Positions 40,253-51,955 of a stretch of DNA of 64,000 nucleotides are shown one piece after another. The DNA comes from Caecitellus pseudoparvulus (taxonomy: Eukaryota > Protista > Bigyra: Bicosoecida): contig CBFFRQ010000013.1 in NCBI GenBank assembly GCA_965644315.1, positions 620,001 through 684,000 of the forward strand. The letters are read 5' to 3'. Below the pieces are notes generated by a model. That model saw only the letters and a program-made list of their open reading frames with translations, ran no database searches and was not told the origin of the DNA. How positions within the stretch are numbered: position 1 is the first letter of the stretch; each line of letters begins with the position of its first letter. A program made the position numbers and the translations under genes.

Positions 40253-42467
40253 CTATGAGTACGCGCACCCATGCTCAGGGTGGACATGCTGCCCCTCCCC
40301 TGGTGACCGCTTGCATCTAAGCGTCTGACCAGATATGGGGTCTACATGTCCTTCATGCAGAAGCCCAGTCCATGGGAGGCCCCGTGTTCCGTTGCGATCG
40401 TGCTCTGGAAGGTGGTGCAGTGACAGCCCCTTTGCAGGACCGTCTGGGCACTTCAGGCGGTAGTTAATGAACCCCGTCTTCCCTTTCTCGACACCACCAA
40501 TGTATGGCACAGCCACTTTCCTGTTGAAGTTGGGCTCGGCCTTTTCTGTGTTGAGGCCTGCCAGGTCCCCATCAGTGCCGCTCTGGTGCACAGCCCACAC
40601 GCAAGGCGTGATGTCCACCCTGTCCAGCATGTCCCTGTATGCGTGGTCGATGAGCCAGTTGTCGTACATGCGCCGACCTGGAATGAAGTCAGGGATGTCA
40701 CCCAGTCGCCACGCTCCTCTCGTTATGAAGAAGTAGTCCTGCGCACTTGCCATGAACAATTTGGCGCGGGCTTTCAGCTCATCCACAGTCCTAGCAAGCA
40801 CTGCACGGCTCACTCCCAGCGGAACGTTGTCCTTGTGCTTTGCTGGCAATGGAAAGGGCACTTGCACATTGTATCGCCTTCCAGAGATGATGGCACGTGG
40901 GCTCAGCTCTTGTCTACTGATGGCCCCCAGCACAAGCTGCACAGTGTCAATCAAGCCAGGGCCAAAGAGGATGTCTCCGTTCATGTAGCCATACATAGGG
41001 GCCATGGTGTGGTGCTCAACCCACGCGTACATGTCCTTCAGCCGCGGAATGCCGAAGTCTACTCGCCGATAGCCGTACGTGACAGTCTCTGCACCTGTCT
41101 CAGCTGCCAATTGCACCAGGTGTGGGTGTTCAGTGAAGACCACCGTGACTACCTGCGGCCGCAGGCTTGCAAGTGCGTTCAAGACATTGCGCTGAATCTG
41201 CAGTTTCTGCTGGGTGTGAGGGTCGCTGAGGTTCGCAGAGCTGCGGAGCATGAGCGTGGTGAACACGGTCAACACTGTCTCCTCTGTCTCACTCGCAACA
41301 CACTCCCCGTGCCCCGCAACCAAGGAGCCAACCACTGGCAGGTTGCGTACCACGTGAAGTTTTTGTGCTGGGCAGCTTCGGGGCAGTGCTGCGTCGGACA
41401 ACGCAACGTGGGAAGCACCCCCTGCTTCCTGGCGGCGGCGAACGATGATGCGTCCGCTTGGATCTGCCTCCGTTGCCAGCACCGACCTCTGCATGTCGAC
41501 GACCACATGCTGTTTTCCGACCAGCAGCGGGAGTGACAATGAACTTCTCACTGTCGAGGGGGCAGGCAGCGCGGTCCCCAGTCGCCAATGCAGAGCAGCT
41601 ACAGTTGCCGTGGCATCCACAACAGCTGCCCCGCCACTTGACAGCGCCGCAGCTAGCTGGCTGCAGCTTTGGATTGGCCTGAGAGCCTGCGCCTGCCGCA
41701 GGGCAGCTGCCATGGCCTGCCTTGAGGCAATGACGAGGGCATGCTCGGTGCTGGAGAGCTGAGGAAGGCGAGACAGGCCGCTCGAGTTTGACTTGGGCAA
41801 GCCCTGACTGACTCCGCTTGTGAGCCACGTGGATACAAGGCCTGGCAGAGCAGGCGTCACCAGAGCCACCTGGGCCCGTGCAACGATGGCCACCCCTTGA
41901 AGAAAGCGCCCTGCTCCAAGAGCTGCGTGAGCAGACCGCAGGGTCTTTGTCACGCCCTGCTGCACAAGCGTGCGCGCTTCTACAAACCCAACAAACGGGC
42001 AGTCGTGGCCGGGTTTGTCCCTGGCGTCCTCCAGCACTTGGTGAAGCAGAGGTCGACCTTCTCCGTGGCGTGTGTCGAATTCCAGCGTTGGTAGGGAGAG
42101 TTTGTCAGCCTGTGAGCCAAAACCAAGGTGAGCGTGCACGGCTGACGATCACAGCCTTTGTGCTTGGACTGCTCACCGCAAGCCGGACGACGGAGGACTC
42201 TGACAGCACAACAGGTGCAATGGTTGGACGCAGGTTATGTAGACACAGCAAAGTACTATTCAGAAGTGCCTCTGGCTCTTGGTATGGCACGTAGAATACG
42301 ATCTGCGCAACGCTCGTTCTGAAGCGATTTCCGCTCTCAGCATTTGAAGCGCTGCTCAAAGTGAACTGCCGAGCCCCTAAAAGAGCACTACAAACAAACA
42401 GCATAGCGACAAGAAGTTTCACCTGTCCTCCCCAGGAATCTGGCACCCTTAACGCATTGAATGCCAT
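40253..42467 (-). CDS. Type II membrane glycosyltransferase-like (GT-A fold) protein with an internally duplicated domain
   Basis: N-terminal hydrophobic anchor KLLVAMLFVCSALLG. One intron (about 42177-42111). C-terminal domain FTT...GIPRLKDM...YGYMNGDILF...GRRYN...AQDYFF...GRRMYDNWL...VDIT...AVHQ. Confidence 0.65.
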
Positions 42468-42838
42468 CACTGAGCAGGGCAGCCAGCGCGAAGATACCCC
42501 GCACCACCAGCGACGTGGGCGCACTGCTAAGCCGTTGCAAAAGAGTGCCGGTGATTGTGGAGCAACGTACCACGAAACCCCACGCAAGGAAAACTTACTT
42601 TCACTTGCCTGTTGTGTTGCATGGTGCCTGTTTGCTTCACGGCGAAATGCACACGACTTAACGTGCTGCCTCAGGGAAGCCACAAATTCCGCACAATCCT
42701 GAAGGAGAGGCAATTCGCCAATGCAACAATCACTGCAAAACAGTCACGGGGAGAGAACAGGGCCTGCATATCGCTATCCCCTTGTGCTGCGCCCAAAGTC
42801 AGCTTCCTACTTTCCCAGGTGCTCTAGGCACGTCTGTC

Positions 42839-45014
42839 ATGGCTGCTGCGCTGCGGCCCAAGAGGGGCATTTGGGCACAGAACTCGGCCCAGGCGCTGTT
42901 TCCTGTGACAGTGCTGAAAGAGACGGTGCAAGTTGTGCACGTTGCAGTCCTTGAGCATGGCATGGGCCCGCCAGGGCCCCGGCGCCAGCTGCTTGCTTTG
43001 CTGCTGCGAGAGTGCTGTCCAGAGCTCTTCGAAGGCGCTTTGCGTGGGCTGCTGCACCAAGGCGCAGATGGGCAGGTGGGGGAAGTTGATGAGTGCATTG
43101 GCTTGCTACATGCGTTGGCATGGGCCGAGGTCTTGCACCTTCGCTGGGCTTTGCAGCTCGTGCGCAGTCGTGAGTGTTACGCGCTGGCGTTGAGGGGCTG
43201 CCCGATTCAATTTCCGCGCCTGCCCGCCCCTTGCAGGCAAAGACGACGACGTTTCGACGGCTCTGGCTGTGTTTGGGGGCTCGCGGGGCCTCCCTTCCAC
43301 AGCTTCGTGGGAAGGCTTCCATGTCCGCCCTGCGCTCCTAGCCACTGCCGGGCTGGCCATCGCAGCAGCTGGGCTGCTGGCTTGGCAGGCCTCGGCCACC
43401 CCCGCCACCGCGGCGGTCACCAGGCCCATGGCAGTGGCCTCCACGCCCTCGTCACCCCGCCCGTCACTGGACAAGGCATCTCCAGCCGTGGCACCGGCCC
43501 TAGTGGCCCCCCTCGTGGCCGTGCCCTGGCTCACCAGTGGCGGCGGCGGCCAGCCCACCTCAACGCCGTCCCTCCTGGGCTCCCTGTCGCGGTGGTGGAG
43601 CGGCCTCGGCGCCTCGCCTGCCCCCCCTGACCTGCCCTGGGTCGTCCCCGCGGGCGTCAGTGACATGCAGGCGCGCGCTACCATCCGCGCCCACGCCGGC
43701 CTGCCAGATCTGCCCGGCACCACCACCATCTACGGCCCCGCTGCTAGGGTCGGCAGCACTGCACAGGCAGGGGGCGAGGCCTCCGGCTCGCGTACCATGG
43801 GAGCCACCGGCATCGCCCTGCTACATGGCGCTGCTGGCGCTGCCGCCCTCACCTTGGGGGGGGCAGCGGGGGACCCCGGCACCCCCCCCAAGCCACCCAC
43901 AGCGTCGGGCCCTCACGCCCCAAGCCAGCAGCACTTCCCGCTACACCACCTGGCAGCGGAGGAAGAGCACCCTCTGCACTCGAAGCACGCTGCCAGCACA
44001 GCGGCAGCGGTGGCGTGGTTCCTGGGCGGGCTGGCAGCCTCGGTGCAGGATGGGGCGCTGCCGCCGCCCCACGCACCCACACTGCGCCTGCTACGGCTGG
44101 CCCTGCAGCTGGCGCAGGAGCAAGTGGGCTGGATGCACGCCTTCATGCGGGTGGCTGGTGTGCGGCGGGAGGACCTCACGGCGGCCGCCGTGCAGGGTGG
44201 CGGCGGCGCCTTGGCCTCGCCCTGTCCCGACGGTGACCCTGGCCAGGGCGAGACGCCCCTGCCTGCCGCGTACACGAGCTGGGAGCGCCTGCCGTCCCAC
44301 TTGGCACGTGCATTTCCAGGCCTGGAGCAGGAGGCCGCGGGGGCGGGGGACGGCGGCGGCAGCGGCGGCGGCGGCGGCCTGCCCTCCTGCCCGGTGTGTC
44401 TGGAGGGTGTGGTGGGGGGTGACGTCATCGTGACGTCTGCAGAGCCCGCCTGCCGCGCCCTGCACTGGATGCACATCACCTGCGCCTGCAGCAAGCAGGG
44501 CAAGGCCTTCCTTGCGGACCACGGCTGCCCCGTCTGCCGCCGGCCCGTGTACGCCTTGGTGCCGGGGGTGGTGCCGACGCCGCTGGTGGGGGGTGGCCTG
44601 GGGCACTTCGTGCTGCCAGATCCCGCCCAGAGCGGCACTTGGACATACTGCCCTGAGGCGGTGGTGGCCGACGTGCTGCCGTGCCCCCGGCAGGGCAAGC
44701 CGGCAGTGCCTGGTGGGCCACTGGCGTGGCTACACAGCGCTGCTGCTGTGGCGGCGCAAGCGGCCGCACAGTGCAGCTACCAGGGGGGGTGTGGAGCGGA
44801 GGAGCGGGGGGCACCACCCCCGCCGCAGGACGCGAAGGGGAGTGGCTGGAGGTGGCTGGCACAGGGTGCGGCGTGGCTGGTGGGGCAGGAGCACGGGGGC
44901 AGTGAGGAGGGGGGCGTGGCGCCCCCCGCAGACCCTGCCAGCGTGCTCGCGCAGCAGGTGGCCCTGGCCAAGCAGCACACGCGCCTGGACCCAGGGCCGT
45001 GGGCGCACTCATGA
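42839..45014 (+). CDS. RING-H2-like zinc-finger protein (putative E3 ligase)
   Basis: CPVCLE...CRALHWMHITC...CPVCRRP. One intron (about 43169-43236) joins the 42839 and 43269 frames. Hydrophobic stretch ALLATAGLAIAAAGLLAW. Confidence 0.6.
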
Positions 45015-45560
45015 GCGGTCTGAGGCAGGCTCCTCCTCCGCCTGCGCCGCTGCGGCAGTTGCCTTGCTGCCCAGGGAAGGCTTGCCAGTGCCCAGGATGG
45101 CCAGGTCTTCCTGGGACAGCTCCAACACGCCTCCTGTGGCGTCGAATTCAGCCTTGGTGACGCTTTGGCCCTTGGCAGCCATGAGGCTCTCCACGTCCAC
45201 GGAGTCGTCTTCGAACCACCCCAGGTGGTCCGCGATCAGGTGGTTGTTGTCGCAGCCGGGGCACTTGGCCAACACGACGCCAGACGTGTATGCTGTTTTG
45301 GAGATGACCTTGGCGCTGCGCGTGTCACACACGCTGCAGGTGAACAGCATGACAAACTTCTCCCCGCCCTGCTTCACTCCGGGGATGTGGGACTGCGTCT
45401 CGGCCTCGGCGCCTGGCGCCGGCACTGGAAGGGAGGAACAGTGCCTGGCCAACCCTGCGGAATTCGCTCCGCTCCGCAACGCGAGGAGGCTGCGCGCCGC
45501 CCACGACTGGGCCAACGCCCGCCCTCCCCGCGTCAGCATCTTTGTGCGTGCATACTGCAT
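45009..45560 (-). CDS. DNLZ: DNL-type zinc finger, mitochondrial Hsp70 escort protein (Zim17/Hep1)
   Basis: FTCSVCDTRSAKVISKTAYTSGVVLAKCPGCDNNHLIADHLGWF, with an Arg/Ala/Ser-rich presequence. Confidence 0.93.
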   Translation of the reverse strand: MQYARTKMLTRGGRALAQSWAARSLLALRSGANSAGLARHCSSLPVPAPGAEAETQSHIPGVKQGGEKFVMLFTCSVCDTRSAKVISKTAYTSGVVLAKCPGCDNNHLIADHLGWFEDDSVDVESLMAAKGQSVTKAEFDATGGVLELSQEDLAILGTGKPSLGSKATAAAAQAEEEPASDRS

Positions 45561-46054
45561 GGTGTATATGGTGCGATCCTAGGGCCCCCTGCGAGCTTTG
45601 GGTGGGGTAGCCAATGGTACCACTGCCGAAACACGGACTACCTCGTCGAAGCTTGGTGCACGCAGACTACGGCAGGTGCTGTCACAAGGGCATACTGAGC
45701 TGGGCATTTCGTCCAGTTGTCTGATTTTTGTGTCGCCTCTTGTGAATGCTGCGTCCCAGTGCAAGGCCCCCTCGACATTCCCACCCAAACGCTCTGTGGC
45801 TCGCAAAAAGGCTGGCCCAAAACATAGCTCAGCCAACACAAGACAAAAGGAGAGCAGGTCCGCAGACTCCGAGCTGGTGCAGATTCCACGTGCCCGGTGT
45901 CACGCCTTTGCACCCATCCCCTTTGTGTCACCCTCCGACCGTGCCCCGCACGGGCTGTGCGTGACTGGGAGTACCTGAGCAGCACTTCTGCGAGGTGGGT
46001 CTGCACGCACAAGGCAGCTGACTGCGCCCGGCACACCAAGCCAAAGGCGGGACG

Positions 46055-48619
46055 ATGCAGGAGTTCTCCGATGCGGCAGCTGGTGGGCTTGATGTCGAAG
46101 CAGCGTACAGCCGCTCTGCAGCGGCTGCGCGGTATGCAGAGGGGCACTTCTCACACTTGCCTGTGAAGCTGGCGTCAGGGCAGGTTACTTCAGCCCAGGC
46201 AGCAGCTGACCTGGAGAAAACCGGCACTGCGGTGCCTCGGTTCAAGACACAGCTAAAGGCAGCCGCTGAGGCAGCCGCTGCTGCGCCAGAAGAGCCAGCG
46301 ACAGCGGCAGAAGGCGCAGAACCTGTTCCGCGTGGCAGGGGAGTGAAACGCAAGCGAAACGTGGCCAAGGCTGCCGCCCCCCCTGCCTTGAACCCGCTGC
46401 TGACGATGACGCAAGAGGACGTGCTTGTGCGGCGCGAAAGTCGCAAGCTGCAGCTGGCAGCCCTGGCAGAGGCCATCTTGTCCAACCCAGAGAAGCACAT
46501 GCAGAAGAGCAAGGACCCCCACAGCACGAAGGTGGACGATCTGGCGGAGCTGCACGCCATGACCCGTGACGACGACCCTAACATCCGTTCCCTGGCCATG
46601 GCAAGCGAGCTGGCCATTTGGCGCGACGTCTTGCCCGCGTACGCCATCAAGGAGCGCGGCGGCGACGAGGGGGAGGGTGCCGACGGCATCGGCGTGGGCA
46701 AGAACCTGCGCAAGGAAACCAAGCGCCTGCGGGCGTTCGAGGGCGCCATCCTGAAGGGCTACGAGCGCTACATCAAGTGCCTGGACGCCACCCTGCGCCT
46801 GTGGTGCTCGGAGGAAGACGCGAAGGCTGCGCCGGTGCAGCCCACCACGCCCCCTGCTGACCGCCCGGCAGCGCAGCGAGCCCTGGCTCTGACGGCGCTC
46901 AAGTGCATGTGTGCGCTGGTGGGGTGTGCCAGCCACTTCAACTTTCGGGACGTGCTGCTGTCCGCCGTCACCCAGCGTGCCTGTCACTCCGCCAAGGAGC
47001 TGGCGTCACCCAGCCTGGCGGCGCTGACGCAGCTGTTCCAGCGGGATGTCAACGGGGGGGCGGCCATGGAGGCTGTGCGCTTCGTGTGGGCGGTGGTGAA
47101 GACACGGGGGGTGCGCACGCCCCCTGCCCTGCTAGACACCCTGGTGCACTTGCGCGTGACGACGCTGGTGCGCGACCACAAGTCGCTGGCCAAACAGCGC
47201 GAACGAGTGAAGGCGCAGCTGTCTGCCAGTGCCGGCGTGAAGAAGGACGACGTGCGGGAAGTGCTGCAAGGCCTCAAGGCGGCTGACGCAGAGGACCGCG
47301 ACGAACGCATCGCCAACCAGACCACCATCCTGCGGGACACCCTGCACATCTGCTTCCGCCTCCTGCGCTCCCCCCGCAACAGCAAGGTCCTGCCGCCTGT
47401 GCTGGCTGCCCTGGGCAAATTCGGGCACCTGGTGGACGTGCACGTGGTGCAGGACCTCTTCGCATCCCTGCGGGACCTCATGGAGCGGGACAGTGACGTG
47501 GAGGACGGGCAGGGTGCCGGCCCACACCTGCCGCTGCCGGCAGCTCTCAACGTCATCCGCTGCTGCCTGGACGTCACCTCCGGCCCCGGCAAGTCCCTGC
47601 ACATGAACGATGACGTCTTGCTGCAGTACCTGTACCGGGTCCTGCTGCGCCTGGCGGGGGCTGGCTCTGACGAGGCGACGCCCTGCCTGCTCCCCGCCCT
47701 GGAGGCGGTGGAGGGCGCCCTGTTCAAACGCAAGGCGGCACCAGCGTGGCTCGTCGCCGCCTTTGCGCACCGCGTGCTGGTGGTGGCGACGGCGGTGCCG
47801 CCAGCTGGCGCCATCGCCTGCCTCACCTGCCTGCGCCAGCTCATGGCCGTGCACCCAGACGTCACCCTTGCCCTGGAGGAAGCGGAGGCAGATGCCTGTG
47901 CTGCCGGCACGCTGCAGCTGCAGGGCACTGCCCTGGACGCGTCCACGGCACACGGTATCTCCAGTGGCATGTGGGCGCTGTCTCAACTCAAGCGGCACTG
48001 GCACCCGCACGTGGCGCAGGAGGTGGCGGACCTGCTCAAGCAACGGCCTCTGCCCGCCAACGTGTCACCTGCCTCGCAGCTGAAGGCGTACGGAGGGGGG
48101 GCTGGCACCTTCGTCCCCCCCGTCGCGCCGCCCCCAGTGCAGCCCCTGCAGAAGCGCCTGGCTGCCGCCACCACCGCCGCCCGCACGGAGATGCTGCGGC
48201 AGGTGCAGGCGGAGGCGGCCGGGGGGGCGGACGACGACGCCCCCCATGCCACTGGCGGGGAGGATGTGGAGGATGCATTGGACATGGACAGCACGCAGGG
48301 CGCTCTGCGAGACCTGCCCCCTGCACCCGGCGCCCTCAGCTGTGAGGTGGCCGACAAGCAGCCATACCTGAAGCCGTACCTGACGTCAGTGCGGCAGCGG
48401 AGGGAGGCAGTGAAGGCGGGTGCCCCCGCCAGCCAGTGGCTGCCGACAGACAGCGTGCTGACAGGGCGCCTGCAACAGGCCCTGCACCATCTTGATGCTG
48501 TAGAAGCCCTGCCCTGTGCCGTGGCAGTGGCCAGCTCGGGGGCGGCGCCGGTGGACGGCGCCACAGGAGCTGCGTCAGGTGAAGGCAAGGCGAAGAAGCG
48601 CCGGCGGCGGGGGCGCTAG
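46055..48619 (+). CDS. NOC3: Nucleolar complex protein 3 (CBF/NOC3 family); true start probably in upstream exon(s) at about 45610-45880
   Basis: LAALAEAILSNPEKH; LAMASELAIWRDVLPAYAI; KETKRLRAFEGAILKGYERY; SHFNFRDVLL; LAALGKFGHLVDV; MWALSQLKRHWHPHV. Confidence 0.9.
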   Translation: MQEFSDAAAGGLDVEAAYSRSAAAARYAEGHFSHLPVKLASGQVTSAQAAADLEKTGTAVPRFKTQLKAAAEAAAAAPEEPATAAEGAEPVPRGRGVKRKRNVAKAAAPPALNPLLTMTQEDVLVRRESRKLQLAALAEAILSNPEKHMQKSKDPHSTKVDDLAELHAMTRDDDPNIRSLAMASELAIWRDVLPAYAIKERGGDEGEGADGIGVGKNLRKETKRLRAFEGAILKGYERYIKCLDATLRLWCSEEDAKAAPVQPTTPPADRPAAQRALALTALKCMCALVGCASHFNFRDVLLSAVTQRACHSAKELASPSLAALTQLFQRDVNGGAAMEAVRFVWAVVKTRGVRTPPALLDTLVHLRVTTLVRDHKSLAKQRERVKAQLSASAGVKKDDVREVLQGLKAADAEDRDERIANQTTILRDTLHICFRLLRSPRNSKVLPPVLAALGKFGHLVDVHVVQDLFASLRDLMERDSDVEDGQGAGPHLPLPAALNVIRCCLDVTSGPGKSLHMNDDVLLQYLYRVLLRLAGAGSDEATPCLLPALEAVEGALFKRKAAPAWLVAAFAHRVLVVATAVPPAGAIACLTCLRQLMAVHPDVTLALEEAEADACAAGTLQLQGTALDASTAHGISSGMWALSQLKRHWHPHVAQEVADLLKQRPLPANVSPASQLKAYGGGAGTFVPPVAPPPVQPLQKRLAAATTAARTEMLRQVQAEAAGGADDDAPHATGGEDVEDALDMDSTQGALRDLPPAPGALSCEVADKQPYLKPYLTSVRQRREAVKAGAPASQWLPTDSVLTGRLQQALHHLDAVEALPCAVAVASSGAAPVDGATGAASGEGKAKKRRRRGR

Positions 48620-48624
48620 TGCGC

Positions 48625-49746
48625 TCAAACCTTGCCCCCACCCTGGTTGCTCTGGAGACTGTCTGCGATCCACCACATGTGCCCTTGAAAGATGGCACTG
48701 GCGCCGTCGCTGGCGCACGTGCCCTGCCCAGACAACGACGCCCGAGGTGCGGCACGCCCCATGGCTGCCGACACACCCAGGGGGTCAGTGTGGTCATGCG
48801 TGGTGGTGGCAGGGTGTGCTCGGGGTGCTGCGCCTTGCTGGGCGGCAGGCGCGCGGCGGGCGGGCGCAGAGGCCCCGCCTCCCTCCTCTGGCGAGGGGTA
48901 GGCGGAGGCGGTGACGGCGTCGTGCACCAGCCCCCACGCCCCTGAGGACACGTGCAGAGGCGCGAAGAGCGAGTCGAGTTCCTGGCTCACGACCTCGTCC
49001 ACCGTGTGGGTCATGCCGCCCATCCACGGCTGCAGCACCGCCTCGGCCAGCCAGCCGTGCCCCGTCAGCACCGCTGCGACACAAGCAGCCTGCGTCGCCG
49101 AGTCACACTCTGCTGCCACCGTGCGCAGGGCGGCCCCTTGCAGCGTGCACAGCTGCACACACATCAAGCACAACAATGCAAGCACTTCTTGCTGCAGGGG
49201 CTCGTCCACCCACTCGGACGCGCCGGCTGTGAGGACTTCGTTGGGAGTGGAGCCGACGCCCTTGCGCACGGCCTGCCTCGCCTCGGCCAGGAACGCCAGC
49301 GGCACCTCATCAGACTCTGGCACGCCACAGAGGAAGCGAAGGGGGATGACGTGTCCTTGCCACTGCCTGATGGGAGCGCCAGCCCTGGGAATGGGCACCC
49401 AGTCCTCCTCCACGCCACCAGCAGGCGGCGCTGTCGCAGGCAACTCGCCCCCAACGCTGATGCTGCCCAAGGGGCAGCCCTCTCCGACCCAGTGCTCGAA
49501 CTCCAACTGCAAGCGTTGCAAGCCATAAATGGACAGTAGGGGCGGCAGCTCACACAGCTGCCCAATGGATGAGGCAATGACCAGGAGTTGCCTTGAGGTC
49601 AGAGCGCCGGGTGCAATTTCCGCACACTGCGCTGCGGAGATGAACGCAGTGTTGGCAAAGTGCCCTCCATCTGACGATACATGCTGCAGGGCATCAAAAT
49701 TTGCAGCTTGTTCCTGGAGGAAGGCGCAGGTAGCCTCCACGTCCAT
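48625..49746 (-). CDS. Uncharacterised protein (about 373 aa, largely helical)
   Basis: Long ORF from MDVEATCAFLQEQAANFDALQH that fills the gap between NOC3 and WDR33, with globular-looking composition. No motif confidently recognised. Confidence 0.6.
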   Translation of the reverse strand: MDVEATCAFLQEQAANFDALQHVSSDGGHFANTAFISAAQCAEIAPGALTSRQLLVIASSIGQLCELPPLLSIYGLQRLQLEFEHWVGEGCPLGSISVGGELPATAPPAGGVEEDWVPIPRAGAPIRQWQGHVIPLRFLCGVPESDEVPLAFLAEARQAVRKGVGSTPNEVLTAGASEWVDEPLQQEVLALLCLMCVQLCTLQGAALRTVAAECDSATQAACVAAVLTGHGWLAEAVLQPWMGGMTHTVDEVVSQELDSLFAPLHVSSGAWGLVHDAVTASAYPSPEEGGGASAPARRAPAAQQGAAPRAHPATTTHDHTDPLGVSAAMGRAAPRASLSGQGTCASDGASAIFQGHMWWIADSLQSNQGGGKV

Positions 49747-50176
49747 TGCTGCAGGCGCCTGGGCTGCACTTGGTGCCTGAGCCAAGAGAACGTGACATGC
49801 GCATGCCCAGGCAAGTGCAGCGGGTAGCACTGCGATGGATGAGATGGTTTTCCGCCGCCCGGAGGAAATTTTGTTGTCGGTGAGTTTCTGTGGCCCCTCG
49901 GCTTGTCCCGGCCTGCCAACGGCACCTTGAGGGGCGCCCAGACAAGTGGCCACCCTCACCTGCCGTCTCTGCAAGTTCGCCTCCCCTCTCTACAATCCAT
50001 TGCGCACACAAAGCCACGGGCAGTTGTTCGCCCACCACCACTTAACACTTAATTCCTGTGTAGGTTGGCTGTGTGTGCTGCCTGTCGCTGTCGCGCTTGC
50101 TGCGCGCCTGCAGCCCGCCGGCAACTTTTCGCTCCAGTGCTGCGCAAACTTGGGCCAGCTCGCCACAGCCAGCGCC

Positions 50177-51817
50177 ATGAGCCACCGGAAGCAAGGGGCC
50201 AGTGGCCCCCCCGAGGCGTTTGGCTCAAAGAAGAAGCACAGCCGGCAGAGGGTGTACGATGCCCGCACCACCTTCGTGACCATGATGGAGGTGAGGCGGC
50301 CGTAAACATTGGCATGGTGAGCAACTTCCGCAGGCAACGTCCTCCCTCCCTTCAACAGGACCAAGTCTTCCGACCCACATACAAAGACAGGCGGCAACTG
50401 TACCCCAACAGCGTGTACAAGCGTTTCGTGCGTGCGAGCTTGAACGTGCCCCCACCCTGCTGTGCCACTGCATCGCACTCCCACGCACCCTCACCAGATG
50501 GCACCCTCAGTGCCGGAGGCTCACGATGTCGGGAACGCATACTGCACCCGTGGAGCGCGTGAGCAGCGAAACAAAGTGCGCTGCATTGTCAACAAAGTCA
50601 AGTGGATGCCCAACGGTCGGTACCTGCTGACGGGGACGTCCACAGGAGAGCTGACGCTGTGGGACGGGCACTCCTTCCAATTCGAGACGCTGTACCGCAT
50701 TCACGGCTCAGCCGAGGACCCCAAGGCTGTGCGAGCCATGGAGTGGAGCAACAACAAGAAGTACTTCATCACAGGCGGCGTGGACGGCTGCGTCAACTAC
50801 CGCACAGTGCAGCTGGTGACGCTGACCAACCTGCAGGCACACGAGCAGCCCGTTCGCGACTTGTCCTTCTCCCCAGACGACGCCAAGTTCTGCTCCTGCT
50901 CTGATGACAGCACCGTGCGCGTCTTTGACTTCCTGGATGCGCGGCAGGAGAAGGAGATGACGGCCCACAATTGGGACGTCAAGTGCGTCGCGTGGCACCC
51001 CACCTCCTCCCTCATCGCCTCCGGCAGCAAGGACAGCACGGTACGCCTGTGGGACCCCCGCGGCAAGGACCTGACCACCCTGACCTCCCACAACAAACCA
51101 GTGCAAGGCCTGGAGTGGAACGCCAACGGCCACTGGCTCCTGACGACGAGTGAGGACAAGTCCATCCGGCTGTGGGACCTGCGCATGCAGAAGGAGATCT
51201 CCGTCTTCAACTGCAGCAACTACCGGGAAGCCACCTGCATCGCGTGGCACCCCTTCCACGAGCGTATCTTCAGCTCTGGCCACTATGACGGCGGCGTGTC
51301 CTTCTGGAGCGTGGGGCATGACACCCCCACAGAGCGCCTGCCAGTGGCCCACGACCGCACAGTCCTGACACTGGACTGGCACCCAGCCGGGCATGTCATG
51401 GCATCTGGCAGTGCAGATGAGTTCACCAAGAGCTGGATCCGCCAGCGCCCTGGGGACTCCAGGGACCAGTACGAGTACCACGGCAGTGGCCGCGGGAACA
51501 CAGACCGAGGCACGGTGGACACGGACGATCAGGGGCGCCTGCTGCCTCGCTCACGCTTGTTGGGATCAGCACGTGCAGGGGGCATGGGTGCCCCCGTTCC
51601 GGGTGCTGCTGCCGCGCCCCGAGACACAGCCAGCGCGGCGCGTGGATACAGCCAGCCGCCACCTCAATACGGTGGGGCTGGAGGGGGTGGCAGGGACCGC
51701 GTGGGCATGTATGATCGGGGCGGCTCCCGCATGGGCGGGGGAGGTCGGCCGCAGTACCATGCTGCTGGGGGCGGTGGGGCCTCTGCAGGCCCTGCTCCCA
51801 GGCATGGGTACAGGTGA
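50177..51817 (+). CDS. WDR33: Pre-mRNA 3'-end processing factor WDR33/Pfs2/FY
   Basis: NKVRCIVNKVKWMPNGRYLLTGTSTGELTLWDGHSFQFET; AHEQPVRDLSFSPDDAKFCSCSDD; HNWDVKCVAWHPTSSLIASGSKD; WHPAGHVMASGSAD...WIRQRPGD; Gly/Arg-rich tail. Two 5' introns. Confidence 0.93.
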
Positions 51818-51955
51818 AGCGGGGAGGGGGGACGCTGTCGCCTCGGCTCACTCTGACAATGCACTCACATCGAAAACCCGAGACACAATGCACCCCACCA
51901 CGGCTTGCCTTTGTGATCTCCTCACCCGTACTAACACACTTTCTCAGCCTTCACC

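Noticed and set aside
42105-42180. Apparent frameshifts between adjacent ORFs (also 18364-18451, 43169-43236, 54948-55025, 57341-57510) suggesting pseudogenes or recoding
   Set aside because: Each is resolved by a phase-compatible GT...CAG intron.
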